Below, piece by piece: positions 34,460 to 48,115 of a stretch of 64,000 bases of DNA. The DNA comes from Podarcis bocagei (lineage: Eukaryota): the NCBI GenBank assembly GCA_964188305.1, contig OZ076885.1; one strand, 5' to 3'. How positions within the stretch are numbered: the first letter of the stretch is position 1; every line of letters starts with the position of its first letter. A program made the translations under genes and the position numbers. The notes beneath the pieces are model-generated. The model was given only the letters and a program-made list of their open reading frames with translations, ran no database searches and was not told the origin of the DNA.

Positions 34460-36355
34460 GATAATCTTGTGTGGAAACAGTGAATTTATTTGATTTGTCT
34501 ACAAAGCTCAGACATTTTATACAAAATGCTCCAAAAACAAAACAGTGGTTGTACTATTTTGTTATCATGTAATCCAGAAAAGTAGGGCAGCTTTTGAATA
34601 TACCGGGGGGGGGGGAATCTTTTGTGGCAGTTATTATGTGGACATGCTGGAAATGCTTGTTTGCATGTTGTTTTAAATAAGGATGAATTTGATGCTACTT
34701 AGATCAATGAGGTAATAGCTCTTGTCAGCCATATAGAAGATATATGATGCTGTGAAGCTTGTCCCTAAACCTCTGCCAATACATTATGACCTAAAACTTT
34801 CCCTCCTATTGTGTATATAAGATTCTAAGCAAACAGTGCTATTAACACTAATTGAATGATTGGATATGTGATGTTGGCAGGAATCCACAAGCAACTGTGC
34901 TGAGACCCCAGATTCATTTTATTTGCTGATCTTTATTAAGCCATAAAATGGGCCAAATCTCCAGAGCTGAAAAGGCTTAAACTGTACATTTAGAGCAGGC
35001 AAAACAATTTTGAGCTCGGCTGGCTTCTTGTAAATGAGATTTCTAACACAGATCACAGTGGACAGAAGTATCCCTATAAAAAGTGGGTTTAAAAAAGAAA
35101 AGTGGGGGGTGGAGGTGGAGAAGCCAGATGACCCTGAACTCTGTTAGCAATAATGAATGCAAAGTACATGAAAGCTGTGCTCTCCTTCAAGGTCACAAAG
35201 TGAAAACACCAATTACTTATTTAAATCTTGTTGCTAATGAGTACGATTAGAGTACTTTTTTTAACAGGGGAAAATGGTTGGGGCTCATATGCAAGTTAAG
35301 AGAAAAATCTCTTGTTTAGCTATCTCTTCTTTTTTAAAGTATAAATGATTTGCAGAATGCTGCCAAAGTACTCAGTTGCAATTAACCTTATAAACTCATG
35401 TTTCTGCAGAGATATGTTATGTTCCCAGAAATACAATTGCTTGACATAAAAGGGAGAGGATGTTTATGGGCATTTCCCCTGTTTTCTTTGAATGGGTTTT
35501 GGGAGATTTTCATTTTTCATATACTTTGGAGTCATATAGGCAAACACCCCAGGGCACTGTGATGCTGTTTGTCTGTTAAGCGTGAGCTGTATTAACTTTG
35601 TTGGGACTGATATATCCCTAATACATTGATAGACTAATGAGTTAGTTGGAATCACATTCAGCAGTGTGGCTGGGAAGTAAAGTGTTTGGCACAAAGACTC
35701 TCACCTGACTTTAGTGGGTGGGTGCTTTTAGCTAAGCTAATTTTACCTATGCTAATTTCATACCAGTAAAGATTCTGTCTCTGTTGACTACTTTGTAGCA
35801 TCATTAATTGTTTTCCCAGCGCCACTATCCCACTTTTGGTCCTGCTAGTGTTTAGCTTTCGCTGGGTCAGGATTGCTCTGACACAATGATATTGTTGTGC
35901 ATGACTTTATGAACATTTACTATCAATTTGGTTGTGATCCCATAGCTCTGTCCAGCAGGCGTATCTCAGGCTAGCATCGCATTGTTTGCCTCATTGATTT
36001 TTCTCAAACTAGCTGACAAGCAGCCTAATACAAAATGCCAAAAGAAAAGAACTGCACACATATATATTTAGTAGTGTGTGTGTATTAAACTCCCATCCTC
36101 TAGAACTCTATATAATCTATGCAGATGTTGTGTAAATCATTCATCCAAAGTTGAAGTATGCTACTGAATACAGTACTTATTGTACAGTAGTATTGGACAA
36201 AATGAATGCTGAAGTAGCAGTCATTGTGCCAGGATTTTGGCATGGTGGCTGGTTTGGGGTGTCTAGAAATGGGGTCAGTTTTTTTGTTTTTTAAAATTAT
36301 TCTCCCCCCCCCCCTGATTTTGGTTGATTGATTAATTTATCCAGGGTAAATATGC

Positions 36356-36485
36356 NNNNNNNNNNNNNNNNNNNNNNNNNNNNNNNNNNNNNNNNNNNNN
36401 NNNNNNNNNNNNNNNNNNNNNNNNNNNNNNNNNNNNNNNNNNNNNNNNNNNNNNNNNNNNNNNNNNNNNNNNNNNNNNNNNNNNN
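36356..36485. other. Assembly gap (130 N)
   Basis: Run of N. Confidence 1.
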
Positions 36486-37574
36486 AATAATAAAAATCTA
36501 GTCTATTAATCCAAAAATAAAAGCAGGAGTGGATAAGATGTTATGGAAAGGGACAATCCCTAAGGTATTCTGGACCTAAGCCATTTAGGACTTTAAAGCC
36601 ATTTACAGCCTGATGCTGCCACAGTCAGATTCTGACAAATGCAGGACATTCTCCAATTTTAGTACAGTACAGCATTTAAAATCAAACGATGCTTATAGTC
36701 CTCGTAGCAATATTGCTAATACTGGTTTTGCTGGTGCCTGGCAAATGGACACATGAGCTTTTAGCCTAATAAAATTATATATCATACTCTTTCTGCATGA
36801 TTCTGATTTTGACATCGTTCTAAGGATATATCGTTCAAAAGTTAATTGGAATCTTTCATAGTTATGTGAGTTCTGTATAAAAAAGCAATATAGTATAATG
36901 CCTGTGCTGAAATCAGCAATAGCATGCATTCATAACATGTTCATTTTATAAGCTTGCCTCTTTTCCTAGATTACTTGAAACTGACTTTCCCATGCATGAA
37001 ACAGGCATTACATCTGTCTATATGTGGATCTTTCCAAAGTTATATATAGAGGTGACTCGGGGAGAGGCTTATGCCTGTACCAGTAGCTGCTTAATAACTT
37101 AGGAGGCAGGATGATGGCACTGTCTTGTCTAGTTACCTTCACTTCCCAATCCCCATATGAAGGCAAAGTGAAAAGAATGACACAAGATAATTAAGCATTT
37201 CAGTTTTCAAATGCTCTTTACTAGAAAAGCTAATTGCTTATTTCATAACCTTCAGTCCACCTCCCCCACCCGCCAAATGCCATTCACATATGGTCTTCTC
37301 CATAAGCTCATTTTCTATTTAAACGTGATCTTATTTATGAAAGTTAAAAGGAGAATTGATTAACCTTCTGTTGGCTTTCTCTGCCATCTCTGAGGTTTAT
37401 ACCCTTGATCTCCTTTGAAATATTCTAATAGCTCCCCCTCCCCAACAGTTTAGATCTGTCCTTCCTTGACTTGGGAACGCCATCATATTTGTGTCCAATT
37501 AAAAAGCTATCCGAGAACAGAGAAACACTTTGCTTAAATTTTATTGGTTTTCAGCAAAGCATTACAGTATATAT

Positions 37575-37577
37575 CTA

Positions 37578-37621
<44 letters not shown>

Positions 37622-37644
37622 CATCCATCCATCCATCCATCCAT
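37575..37644. repeat. Compound (CTAT)n(CCAT)n microsatellite
   Basis: Direct reading. Confidence 0.93.
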
Positions 37645-38204
37645 AATTGCTGAGTGACCATCATTTGACATTCCCCCATTTCTACTGAAAAAACTGCATT
37701 TTTGTATCTGAGACTGCTATCCTATTCATGTTTATATACCTTTTCCTTCACATAGTACTTAATATTCTACCTTCCCCATTCATTGTATACTCTTATCTCA
37801 GATCCTTCTAAGTCCGTCTCATAGAAATAGTCCACACATTTTCTTACCTAGTGATTCCTTCTACATCTTGTTATTTTAAAGAGAAACTGAGCTATCTTTG
37901 GAGGGTTTTATCTTCAAAAAAGGAGAGCTTCCCTGTAAAACCACAGGGAGATTGTGCAGTTCCTTTCTTGCTGATCCAAATGAAAGCTAGACAAGGATTA
38001 GTAGGTTCATGATTTTGGCCCCTACAAATATCACAAGCAAAATATTGGCAGTTGAGAAGAGGAGCTAAATGGGCTGGCAGAGGAGTTTGCACTTTTGCAC
38101 TGGAAAGGGAAACCTCAGGAGACACATTGACCAGAGGGTCAAACCTTCAGGAAAAAGCCCCTGTCCCTCAAGAGTCTGAAATCTTGTCTCATGGTCTCAT
38201 TACC

Positions 38205-38804
38205 ATCCTAGGAGTTTATCTCAGTGAAGACCTTACTTGGAAAATCAATACAACCCAGGTGGTTAAGAAAGCCCAACAAAGACTCCATCTCCTCAGAGTA
38301 TTGCGAAAGAACGATGTCAATCAACATTTGATGATCTCCTTCTACCGGTCCACAATAGAAAGTGTCCTTTCATACTGCATCACAGTGTGGTACGCTGGTT
38401 TGACATCAACTGATAGGAAGTACCTACAGAGGGTGGTGTATACAGCACAAGATATTATGGGCTATCCTGTGAATCCACTGGATGACATTGCAGAAGAACG
38501 CTGCTTCAGGAGAGTGAGGAAAATTCTCAGGGATGATTCACACCCTGGCTGGCACTTTCTTGATCTCCTGCCCTCAGGCAGAAGATATACAAACATGATT
38601 AGTCCCACCAACAGGGTAAAGAACAGCTTCTATCTGTGGGCTGTTGGGCTGCTGAATGAAAAGATAACAACAGGGCAGCTGACTTTTGGATTTGGTGGGT
38701 GTGCGTCAGTAAACGAGGGGAATTAAGACTAAGAGAGCTGAGTGTGGGGTGCTCATGTAATCTCACTGTATACAAGTGACAATAAAATATTTAAATTTAA
38801 ATTC
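38205..38804 (+). mobile_element. Rex1/Babar-clade LINE, 3' fragment (RT end plus DUF1891-like region)
   Basis: LGVYLSEDLTW..KKAQQRLHLLRVLRK..FYRSTIESVLSYCITVWY..LQRVV..DDSHPG..LLPSGRRY..TNRVKNSFY in one open frame; 3' end gacaataaa with a short repeat tail. Confidence 0.9.
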
Positions 38805-40554
38805 AGTTTAATGGTGGAGACAGAAGTTGTGCTTGCATTTCCTATGTGCACCACTTATATCCTCTTGTGAGTCCTTGCCCCTCTTCCAATGTACAGCACT
38901 AAATGAGTTGTGAAGGATGCTGCCATCTGAATCCATCCTTTATTTGCTGAATGCATCATTAATTCCAAATGCACATCCCTTGCAGAATTAAGTGCTGCAT
39001 GTGGTTCATTGGGAGACTCATCCTCCAGAAACTTGGTCTCTTCTTTTAAGTTTCATTTATTTCATTTCAGCTTTTTTCTGATTAACACCAAAGTTATGGT
39101 ACCTCAGGAAGGGGAAAAAAAAACAAAACAAGCTTGTTTGCCTGGCCATTTTTCAAGTCCTAACCCTTTTGAGTTTTGTTTTGTTTTGTTTTTAACTTAA
39201 TTGGCTAAAGGTGTTCTTGCAATTTGCCTCAAAAAGATTTGTGCTGCAATTTACTATGGTAGTGGTACAAGGATCATTTGCAGTTGATTGCTCTTGTGTA
39301 TTAGCCCTTTCCATTCATTGAAATAGCATAATAGCCAATACATAAAGCTTTTTAGCCCATTGCCTTCTCCCCAGACTTGGGTGGCCCCACCATCCCAGAG
39401 CAGTTGTAATTCACAGAAATATGACCACTACTTCACTGATGGAGCAAGAATTCAACCACTGTGCATCTCCTGGACACCATTGATGTGCCTGGAGACCCTG
39501 GCACACACATTGCCCTGAGAACTGATCTTTCATTACATAGCATCTGCTGGCCCTTCTCTTTGATCTTGAATTTTGAGCTTGATTCTGATGGAACTACCAC
39601 AGAGTTTAGCAAGTTGCCCTGAAATGCCAGGGGTTCCTTCTCCAACACCAAGGCACACTAGGTTGTTCAAAACTATTGATAAGGGTGATTCCAACCCTTT
39701 GGCTTCAACCTTTTGGGTTGGTGCATAATTTAGATGCATACTGTAACAATAAGGATGAAGGCATGCAAAAGTTTATTGTATCTCCTCTGATTTTACTTGA
39801 GCATATAAAGTATTTCCAGTCACCTATAAGATCATTTTAAGCCATTTTAGGAATTGTCAGTACCCTTTCAACACATGACATGGACAAGTGGCTTGATTTT
39901 CAGATCAAAGTTAAAATCTGCTGTAAATTCAATAAGAAACAAATTAGAGCATGTTGTTTAAGCCTTGAAAGTTTGATGCATAGTGCACTGAGAAAACCAG
40001 TATAATGACTGCAGTTACATTTTACAGTGTATATCTATACCACACACATGTAGCAAGCAAATGAAACATCTTTTTTCTTCTGTCAACTCCCTAAAAACAC
40101 ATTGGAGTCCTCTGCAGTGTTTTGTGCTTCATCCTGTGGCATGAAGGAATAAGGATATATTCTTTGTGATGTTTGAAGAGGACAGCATGGGGAGGTACAC
40201 TCATATATTTGAAGTGTGCCAAAGCTTTCCTCTTTCCTCCTCCTCACAGCATCAGTTCTGATCCAACAGTGATGTGACTCCTCCTCAGTCGTTCTCTTGG
40301 TATTTAGCTGCTGAGATCAAGATTTGGGCTATAGATGCAAAGAACTGAAATGTTCATTGTAGTTTGTATGAAAGAAGAAGTTGAATTGTACTGACTCTCT
40401 TTCTTCAGGCAGAGTCAGGTGATGAAGATCCATGTTTGCATCTTCTTTAAAGAAGTGAGTTCCCTGTTTGGGTTGGGGGGAAGGCAGCCTTTATTCACAT
40501 ATATAGATAGAAACATTTAGAATGAGCCAATTGAGTGGTTGGTCATTAAATATA

Positions 40555-40796
40555 CAGTGGTACCTCAGGTTATATATGCTTCATGTTACATCTGCTTCAG
40601 GTTACAGACTCCACTAACCCAGAAATAGTACCTCAGGTTAAGAACTTTGCTTCAGGATGAGAACAGAAATTATGCTCCGGTGGTGTGGCGGCAGCAGGAG
40701 GCCCCATTAGCTAAAGTGGTGCTTCAAGTTAAGAACAGTTTCAGGTTAAGAACGGACCTCCAGAATGAATTAAGTAGTTAACCTGAGGTACCACTG
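40555..40796. mobile_element. Tc1/mariner-type MITE, about 240-bp family, copy 2
   Basis: TIR cagtggtacctcaggtta / taacctgaggtaccactg; TA TSD; more CpG decay than copy 3. Confidence 0.93.
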
Positions 40797-41302
40797 TATG
40801 TCAGGTTCAGAAGGGGCAGAAGTCCAGATGACATTATCCAAGACTGCAGTAGACACTGGCTGATTTAGGGCAATGGATGCAAGTTAAATTTTGGGATGTT
40901 ATTAGAAGGTTCACACAGAATTCATACAGAAATAAATTATAATCTATTTTCTTATTTCAGAGGTAGCTTTTAACAGGTGTGGGAATTTCATGTCAGAGGA
41001 AAAGGCTTATTTTTATTTTTGCTTTCAGTAGTAACCTTTGTCTAGTAGCATCCATTTGGCTCCAACCTACATGTTGGCAGGAATCTGAATAGTCCTTCCA
41101 CAGGTGTTTCTCTTCCTTTTAAGTTGATAATCTTCTCTTCATTCTTCACTCATTTCTGAATGGAGAAAAAAAATAACAATAATTGAGCTATTTCAGAGTG
41201 TCACTATCTTCATTATGGATGTTAGATCATTTTCCTCAATATTTTCAGTAATAGGGCTGAGGACTTATTTCAATGAAACAGGTTTCTAGACCACACAGAG
41301 TG

Positions 41303-41540
41303 CATAGCTGTCAAGCGTCCCTTATTTGGTGGGACAGTCCCTTATCCCATTGCCATGTCCCGCTGCTGTCCCTTATTGATGAGGCTTTGTTTGGCTGCTG
41401 GCTGGGCTTTCTGCCTTTGGCTCGGAGGGGCTCAGAAGTTGAACATACCTGTGCCCGGAAAATCCCTTATTTTGGCTGCTGATCCCTTATTTGCGAGGCA
41501 GCTGGTCCCTTATTTTCAAATCTGTAAGTTGACAGGTATG
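41303..41540. mobile_element. Non-autonomous TIR element with a 9-bp TSD (superfamily uncertain)
   Basis: TIR catagctgtcaa / ttgacaggtatg; direct repeat cacagagtg at 41294-41302 and 41541-41549; six internal tcccttat motifs. Confidence 0.82.
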
Positions 41541-41788
41541 CACAGAGTGGGGCAGAGAGGAGGAAGGATTTTTATTTGAAAATCATACTTAAAATCTTGG
41601 AACGGCTCTGAATTTTGCCTGTGAACACATTTGAACAAAAGTACAGCATTTTAGGTTATGTTTGAAAATATGACATACACCCTACCAAAAATGTTTTATT
41701 TTGTTTCTGTTAGCTGTTGTTCAGTCATCACTCCATTTGTCTTCTATACCTCTTCTAAAACCTTTATTTTCTTTCTCCATTCCACACA

Positions 41789-41918
41789 TAATTCTATAAA
41801 TTACTATCATATCATCTCTTACTTGCCTTTTTTCTAAATTAAAAGTCCCAAATGCCACAACCTTTATTCATAGGGGAGCCCCTGTATCCCCTTGATCATT
41901 CTGGTTGTCCTTTGCTCC
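41789..41918 (-). mobile_element. CR1 ORF2 fragment
   Basis: Minus strand reads TTRMIKGIQGLPYE*RLWHLGLLI*KK, matching the CR1 motif ATKMI.GLE.L.YEERL..LGLFSLEK. Confidence 0.65.
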
Positions 41919-42763
41919 ATAATCCAAAATTTTAAGGGGAGAATAGCTTCTCATCTGGCCAGTGCAAGGGGCTTTGCTAATAGCGCTTTCAGATTCATTC
42001 ACACAGTTTATAAGTACTCCCAAGCTTAGAAGAAAAGCAGCCAACTGGAATATGGCCGTAAACTGTTAATGAATTTATGAAAGGTGTGCCTGTTTACCTC
42101 ATTAGAGAGGTGTGAATTCTCCTTTCTTTCGGGGGCATTTTTCAGTTCCCATCTTCTGCAAAAATCTTCAGGAAAAACAACACCCTCCCCCTTTTGAACC
42201 AGCCCTGTAGAAGCCATAGCCGCTGAAATGACTAAAGCATGACCTTTTTCTTTCGCTGGGATTTTTGTACAATTGGGTTGGCAGCCCTGTATATCTTTAA
42301 TGGCCATGCTACCTAGAGCTGCCGTTGTTGCTATTAGCAGCAGGTATTCTGCTCTCATACCAGTTACCGGTTTTATTCTTTTGTTTTTCACCTCAGATGG
42401 TGCCTTTCTTTTGGCTGTTTAATGGCAACTTTGCTACAGAACTCTATGGGGCAACCTATCCCCAAACACTTCTTTAGCCCTGTGCAGAGACATCTAAGAG
42501 CTTTTCTCCCTGAGTTCCCAGCAGGAGTTTCCTACTTGCTTTGTATGTTCCAGCTAACACAAATGTACTTAGGTCCTGACTCCATTGCTAGGAGCCAGTC
42601 TAATGAGCTGTCACATGGAGACACTAATGGCAAGGCAGACTGATGTCCTTTGCCTGTTTGCATGATCCCACCTTTACAGTCCACATAATGTTGCAGGTTT
42701 TAGACTCTAGTATATTTGTTATATTTTAAAGTATATTATATATGTTGTTTGCATGCAAAGGTA

Positions 42764-43399
42764 CCGTATCTTTCCGTGTATAACACACCCTTGTGTATAA
42801 GATGCCCCCTCTTTTGGGGGACTAAAAATTGAGAAAATGGGGGGAAATTGCACAGACTCATTGAGCTTTGGGGGGGAGGGGAGTTGCCAAAAATCGCTTA
42901 CCCACAAAGCTACCAAATGTCTGAACACTTGCTGAGAGCAAGCACCAATCGCCTGCCCTATTGCCGCAGCTGCCAATAGCTAGGGGACCTTGCTACACCC
43001 ACCAATAACCCACAAAAAGACCACTGACAATCTCCTACTCACTGCAGCCACCAATCGCCCATCCCAACTCTCCACTATCCGTGTATAAGACAAGCCCCAA
43101 TTTTTAGCATAATTTTTAAATAAAACAACAATGCCTTATACAGTGGTACCTCGGGTTACATACGCTTCAGGTTACATACGCTTCAGGTTACAGACTCCGC
43201 TAACCCAGAAATAGTGCTTCAGGTTAAGAACTTTGCTCCAGGATGAGAACAGAAATTGTGCTCCGGCGGTGCAGCAGCAGCAGGAGGCCCCATTAGCTTA
43301 AGTGGTGCTTCAGGTTAAGAACAGTTTCAGGTTAAGTACGGACCTCCGGAATGAATTAAGTACTTAACCCGAGGTACCACTGTACACGGAAAGATACGG
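42764..43399. mobile_element. pogo/Tc2-like MITE whose right TIR is interrupted by MITE copy 3
   Basis: Left TIR ccgtatctttccgtgtataa; right TIR tta|TA|cacggaaagatacgg; TA at 42762-42763 and 43400-43401. Confidence 0.85.
43141..43382. mobile_element. Tc1/mariner-type MITE, about 240-bp family, copy 3
   Basis: Perfect TIR cagtggtacctcgggtta; TA TSD at 43139-43140 and 43383-43384. Confidence 0.93.
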
Positions 43400-45939
43400 T
43401 ATCTTCTTGCATGTGCTATCAGATCCATTGTGACGTAGCTTCATGACCACAACTTAATGAGCTCAAGGCTGCCATTTTTCAAATGCTCATGAGATCTGAA
43501 TAGGTTTTGTTACTTCCAAGCTGTGCATACACTGGTTTTTCTCCTCCTCTAATTGCCCTTTATTCATGTTACATTTAGCAAGTCGCTATGTGCTCAGACT
43601 GCTTCAGTCTGTGATTTGGGTTCCACTCTGCTATGTTTTCCCTATTCACTCATATGGCAAGTTTTCGGTGGGGAGGGAGAAACTAACTTTTTTACCATTT
43701 GGAAAATCTGCAGGAAAAGCTTTGCCATGCTTCTTGGTAACACTGGAAGCCTGTGGTAAGGTGTGTTTGTGCCATATGTGTTTTGGGTGTGTATCCATCC
43801 ATGTCACATCAGATGTACACTTCCTCAAACTGGCACAAAACAGATGTGGGAAGAAATGTGACATGAATGACCTTCCATTTCACCACAAACTTCCAATGCT
43901 AATTAATGGCAATAAATGAACTCGTGCTATATTTGAGTGCAGCTTCTGGCTGTGTAGAATATGCTCAATATTATTAATATTATCATTTATTAAATGTGTA
44001 TACCACCCTTCTGTTCTGCCCCTGAAGTATAGATTTAGACACTTCACTTCACTTTAATTGATGCAAACATCTCTTGTGGGATTCAAGTGTGTTTGGCATA
44101 AAATAGTTAAAATATTTTGGAATAAGGATGGTTGGCTATGAAAACAATCAGGACATGTGGATATTGTGATATTACATAATGCATCTTCATCTAAGCATGA
44201 CACATTGAAAACTGACTGAATTTCAGAAAGGCTTCCAGAATTTTCAGATCAGGATGTGGATTTGACAGATCTACATGAATGAGTAAAATTCTGAACCACT
44301 CTCAACTGACCATTTCATCTGCTAACTGTCTCAAAAGAGTTGTGTTCCTTTCCCATTATATAGGTAAAGCTCATGTAGTGGAATCATAAGTATTGTGTAG
44401 GAAACCAGAAATATAATAAACACCCTTTTTATATACCATGATAGCAGATATTCCAATATACTAGGGGTATGCAGTGACCACCAGATTCAACTTCTGTCTG
44501 TATTTGTAGTGTTTGGAAACAAAATGACCTGTTTCAGGGCTGCTGTGTGTCATTCCAATTCAATTTGTTATTCAGGTCCTAAATTGATGAGTTAAACCCC
44601 AAAAAGAGAACAGTGGTATGTGCCTCCTCATTTCTTACTACAGCTAGTTAGCCATCTCATAGTGGTTAGCCAACTGTGGAATGAGTCATGCAACCATTTT
44701 TTTGAAGTGATGGAAGCATCACAAAGTGACTCTCAACCTCAATATACAAGTAGTAAAATAGCCTTGTAAAAAGGATATTCCACATGACCAAATCACTACT
44801 TGTCACCCTCTGATAAGTTGCTGAATACATTTCAGAACTTAAAATCCAAATCCTTTTTGTGTTTAAACAATCAGGTCGCCTACTCCAGGGCTGCTGAAAA
44901 ACTGCACTTTGGGCATCTGTTGGATTTTCATATCAGGCAATCTATGCCGCCAAAGGCGTAGAAGTGGAATGCTCATATATCCAGGAATTGGGCAACAGTT
45001 TCCTCTCTTTGTGCCAAATCACTGATATGTGAAAAATAAGCCCTGAGGCCCAATTCAGAATCCTTTTCTGTTCAGCCTGCAGTGGGAACTCTGGAAGAAA
45101 GCTCATTTGAGATGAGCCATTTGACATCCAAATGGGAATTCTGCAAGACAGCTGAATTTTCCTTGAAAATTTCACACCATCCCTGGTTCCATGTCACATT
45201 TAGTGCTCAGGTTTCTGATTGCAGATGAGTCTTGTTTAAATCTTACACTGCTCCTTATGCTACACGACAACATCAGCACTGTGGTTTCAACATATAATTG
45301 TCTATGCTGAAACGATGTTTTAATGGTGAAACTAAAATCTGATATTATCACGATCATATTGTGATCATGGTGTTTGCTTTTATTAGTCTGGTTTAGCATT
45401 TTCTTTCACTATTGTTACGAATTTTGAAGTCTTTTCATTTCTTTCATTTTGGTGAAGCAGCACCCTCTCTGCATCTGTTGAATTGTGAAGAATGTGGATA
45501 CGTTAACTTAGAAAAGGTCTACCTTTCTAACATTATGACAAGCATTCGTAAATGCTTCAAATTCCCAAATGCCAGCACTTTTCAGATCTACTGAAATTCA
45601 AACTTTTAGGCTTCTGCACTACCAAGAATTTCGAAATTCTCTTGTTAAACAGCTCAATCTCCCATTTCCTATTTCTGCCTTTCCTTTAAATTCATTTCAT
45701 GTGTTGCATGAATAGGCTAGTCTTTCCAATGATCAAGACGTATGGCAGTTGTAGTCCGAAACATCTAGAGGCAACAGTTTAGGGAAATCTGGAATAAAGT
45801 GTTTACATGTGTGTTTCCTGAGCTCTGTACTAGTAATAGGAATCCTCCATTTAAAGTAACAGCTCTACCAAGATTCATGCAGTTTTTATGTGGTCAAAAA
45901 TGAGTTCCATATATGCAAATAAACAGCTTTTCATTGATC

Positions 45940-46130
45940 CACACTGAGACCAAGGTGACCATAGTGGCTAGGAGGGTGTATTTCCAGCTCCAGCACTTCA
46001 CCAGCTAAAGCTTTTCCTGCATAGGGATCCATACTTTGGCAACTTCCATATTAGACTGTTGCAATACTTTTTAGGTGGGGATTGCCTTTGAATATCATTC
46101 AGAACCTGCAAATAGTACAGAATGCTAGTC
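45940..46130 (+). mobile_element. L2 fragment
   Basis: ttagactgttgcaat (LDCCN) ... aacctgcaaatagtacagaatgct (NLQIVQNA). Confidence 0.55.
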
Positions 46131-47971
46131 ACAAAGTTTTAAGGACGTAGTTGAAGGGAAAATAAGCTATGATCTTCAAAAGACAATCTACCAGTGGTTG
46201 TAACTTTGTAAACCATATTAATATTTATGACAATTTTATGTCACTTTCCAGCACTTGCAAAAAAATATTTGCAAATCAAAATATAATGCAGGTTATCAAG
46301 TGATAAGTAGAATTGTCAAGTAGATAACCTAGCATGTGGGCATTCTGCAGGTTTACCGTAATTGCATCCATTTTACTTTATAATAAATAGGCTGAATTTG
46401 GTGGATGGATCCTTCAACTCTGACTGCAGCCTGCATTGCAATCCCAAGATTATCCACTCTCTCATCTATCACTGTGCCAACAGATTTAACATTTGCTTGG
46501 TTACACTGATTCCATTATACCAATATTAGTGGCTTTCCACTAATCACTGTTCTTGATCAAGTATTTTCTTTCTCATTACTATTTTATTTTTATAGTGATT
46601 CTTACATATTTGAATATGGACTTAATTTTTGCACGACAACTCAGTCATTAAGATATTGTCCATTCAATAATACTGGCTCCAGAGCAACTACATTGCATAA
46701 GTAATACTCATTATGGTATCTGTGTTTTCTGTCTCAAAAGTACTGTGCATTTCTTTAGGGGTGGCTATTTTTATGCCTTCAGAGCTGTATATATAACTGG
46801 TTTTGGCTACGCTATATGAAACTGTTTGCCCTATTGTTATACAACATTTGGAGAAGACATAAACTGCGTGTGAACATTTTATTGACAGGAAGATGTGCTA
46901 AGTTATGCACTGCAGAACTATGTGTCTGCAGGCTACCTAAGGCATATTTGTACTTCCTGCTGTTGCTTTGTGTCAGAAAGGACTGCTTGGCATATTTTGG
47001 AAAAAACGAGTTTTTGTTTCCCTACCATGTGAACCTATGGAAAACACTTTGCTGTATGGAAGGTGGTCATGTGTCTAAGCATAAACATTTTAATTTTTGT
47101 TGGATTGTGACCCCAATTGATGCAAACCCTTGGCTAACTTTGTAAAGGAGGCTCAAACCATACTGAAAAGGGGCTGAAAGTGCCTCTTTTACCTCTCTAA
47201 ATCAGTCTTTGAAAGACATTAGAACTCATTCTCAGGAATATTGAGTCTCAATCTTAATTATTTGAAAATGACTTTAAAGTGTTCCTTCGAAAGGTGCTGT
47301 ACCTAATAATAATAACCTCCTGCAATTTTATGAGCTGCATATCTTGGAGGCCTCTTTTCCTCCCACATATGCACATTTATTCATTTTAGGCCATATTTTA
47401 CTTATTTCATGTTTTAGTTTTACCACTAAATAACGATTCAGTATTGTGTATACATATATCAAAGAAGATTTATAAGATACATTATTCATGTTCCACACGA
47501 AGCACTTGAGTCTTTAATTATAAAATAAGCCTTTTGAAAAACATAGCCTATTTGCCCTTCAGCTATGTCTACCGTGCGGAGGCATACAGGGAAAGCAGCA
47601 ACATTGGAAAGTAGGTTGTAAAAACACTTCAGTAGCTGGGGAACCTAGATGTATACTGTGGGTCACATGGTGTTTGTTTCTACAATTTTAAATCATTCAG
47701 AATTGGCATCCCCATTTGTACTTTTCTAAGGGCATGTTTGCAGAGCACCAGCCATGTCTTCTTGGAAGTGTCTATGTGATTACAGCTTTGCCTCTTGTAC
47801 CGCCACAGCCAGTTTGGTATAAAAGGTGTGCCTTGCATCTTAGCTGTCTGAAGGATGAAGGCAAAGGGAGTCAGTTCTGGGAAGAACGAACACATAGCAA
47901 AATATGGATTGTAGCTATGGCAACAACTTTAAAGTTATTCGACACGGAAAAGTAAAAATGTACTGATGTGC

Positions 47972-48115
47972 ACATAAGAAGAGCCTTGTTGGAATGGTTT
48001 GAAGGACTGTCTAGTCCAGCATTCTGTTCTCACAGTAGCCAACCAAATCCCTATGGGAGTCTGCAGGCAGGATGTGAATGCAACAGTACTCTATTCCCAG
48101 TAAATGGTAGACAGT
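47972..48115 (-). mobile_element. CR1 3'UTR remnant
   Basis: acataagaagagcc...tctagtccagcattctgttctcacagtagccaacca is the reverse complement of the CR1 3'UTR seen at about 25870-25935. Confidence 0.7.

Noticed and set aside
36356-36485. Sequence continuity across the N run
   Set aside because: It is an assembly gap; true length and content are unknown, so nothing is inferred across it.
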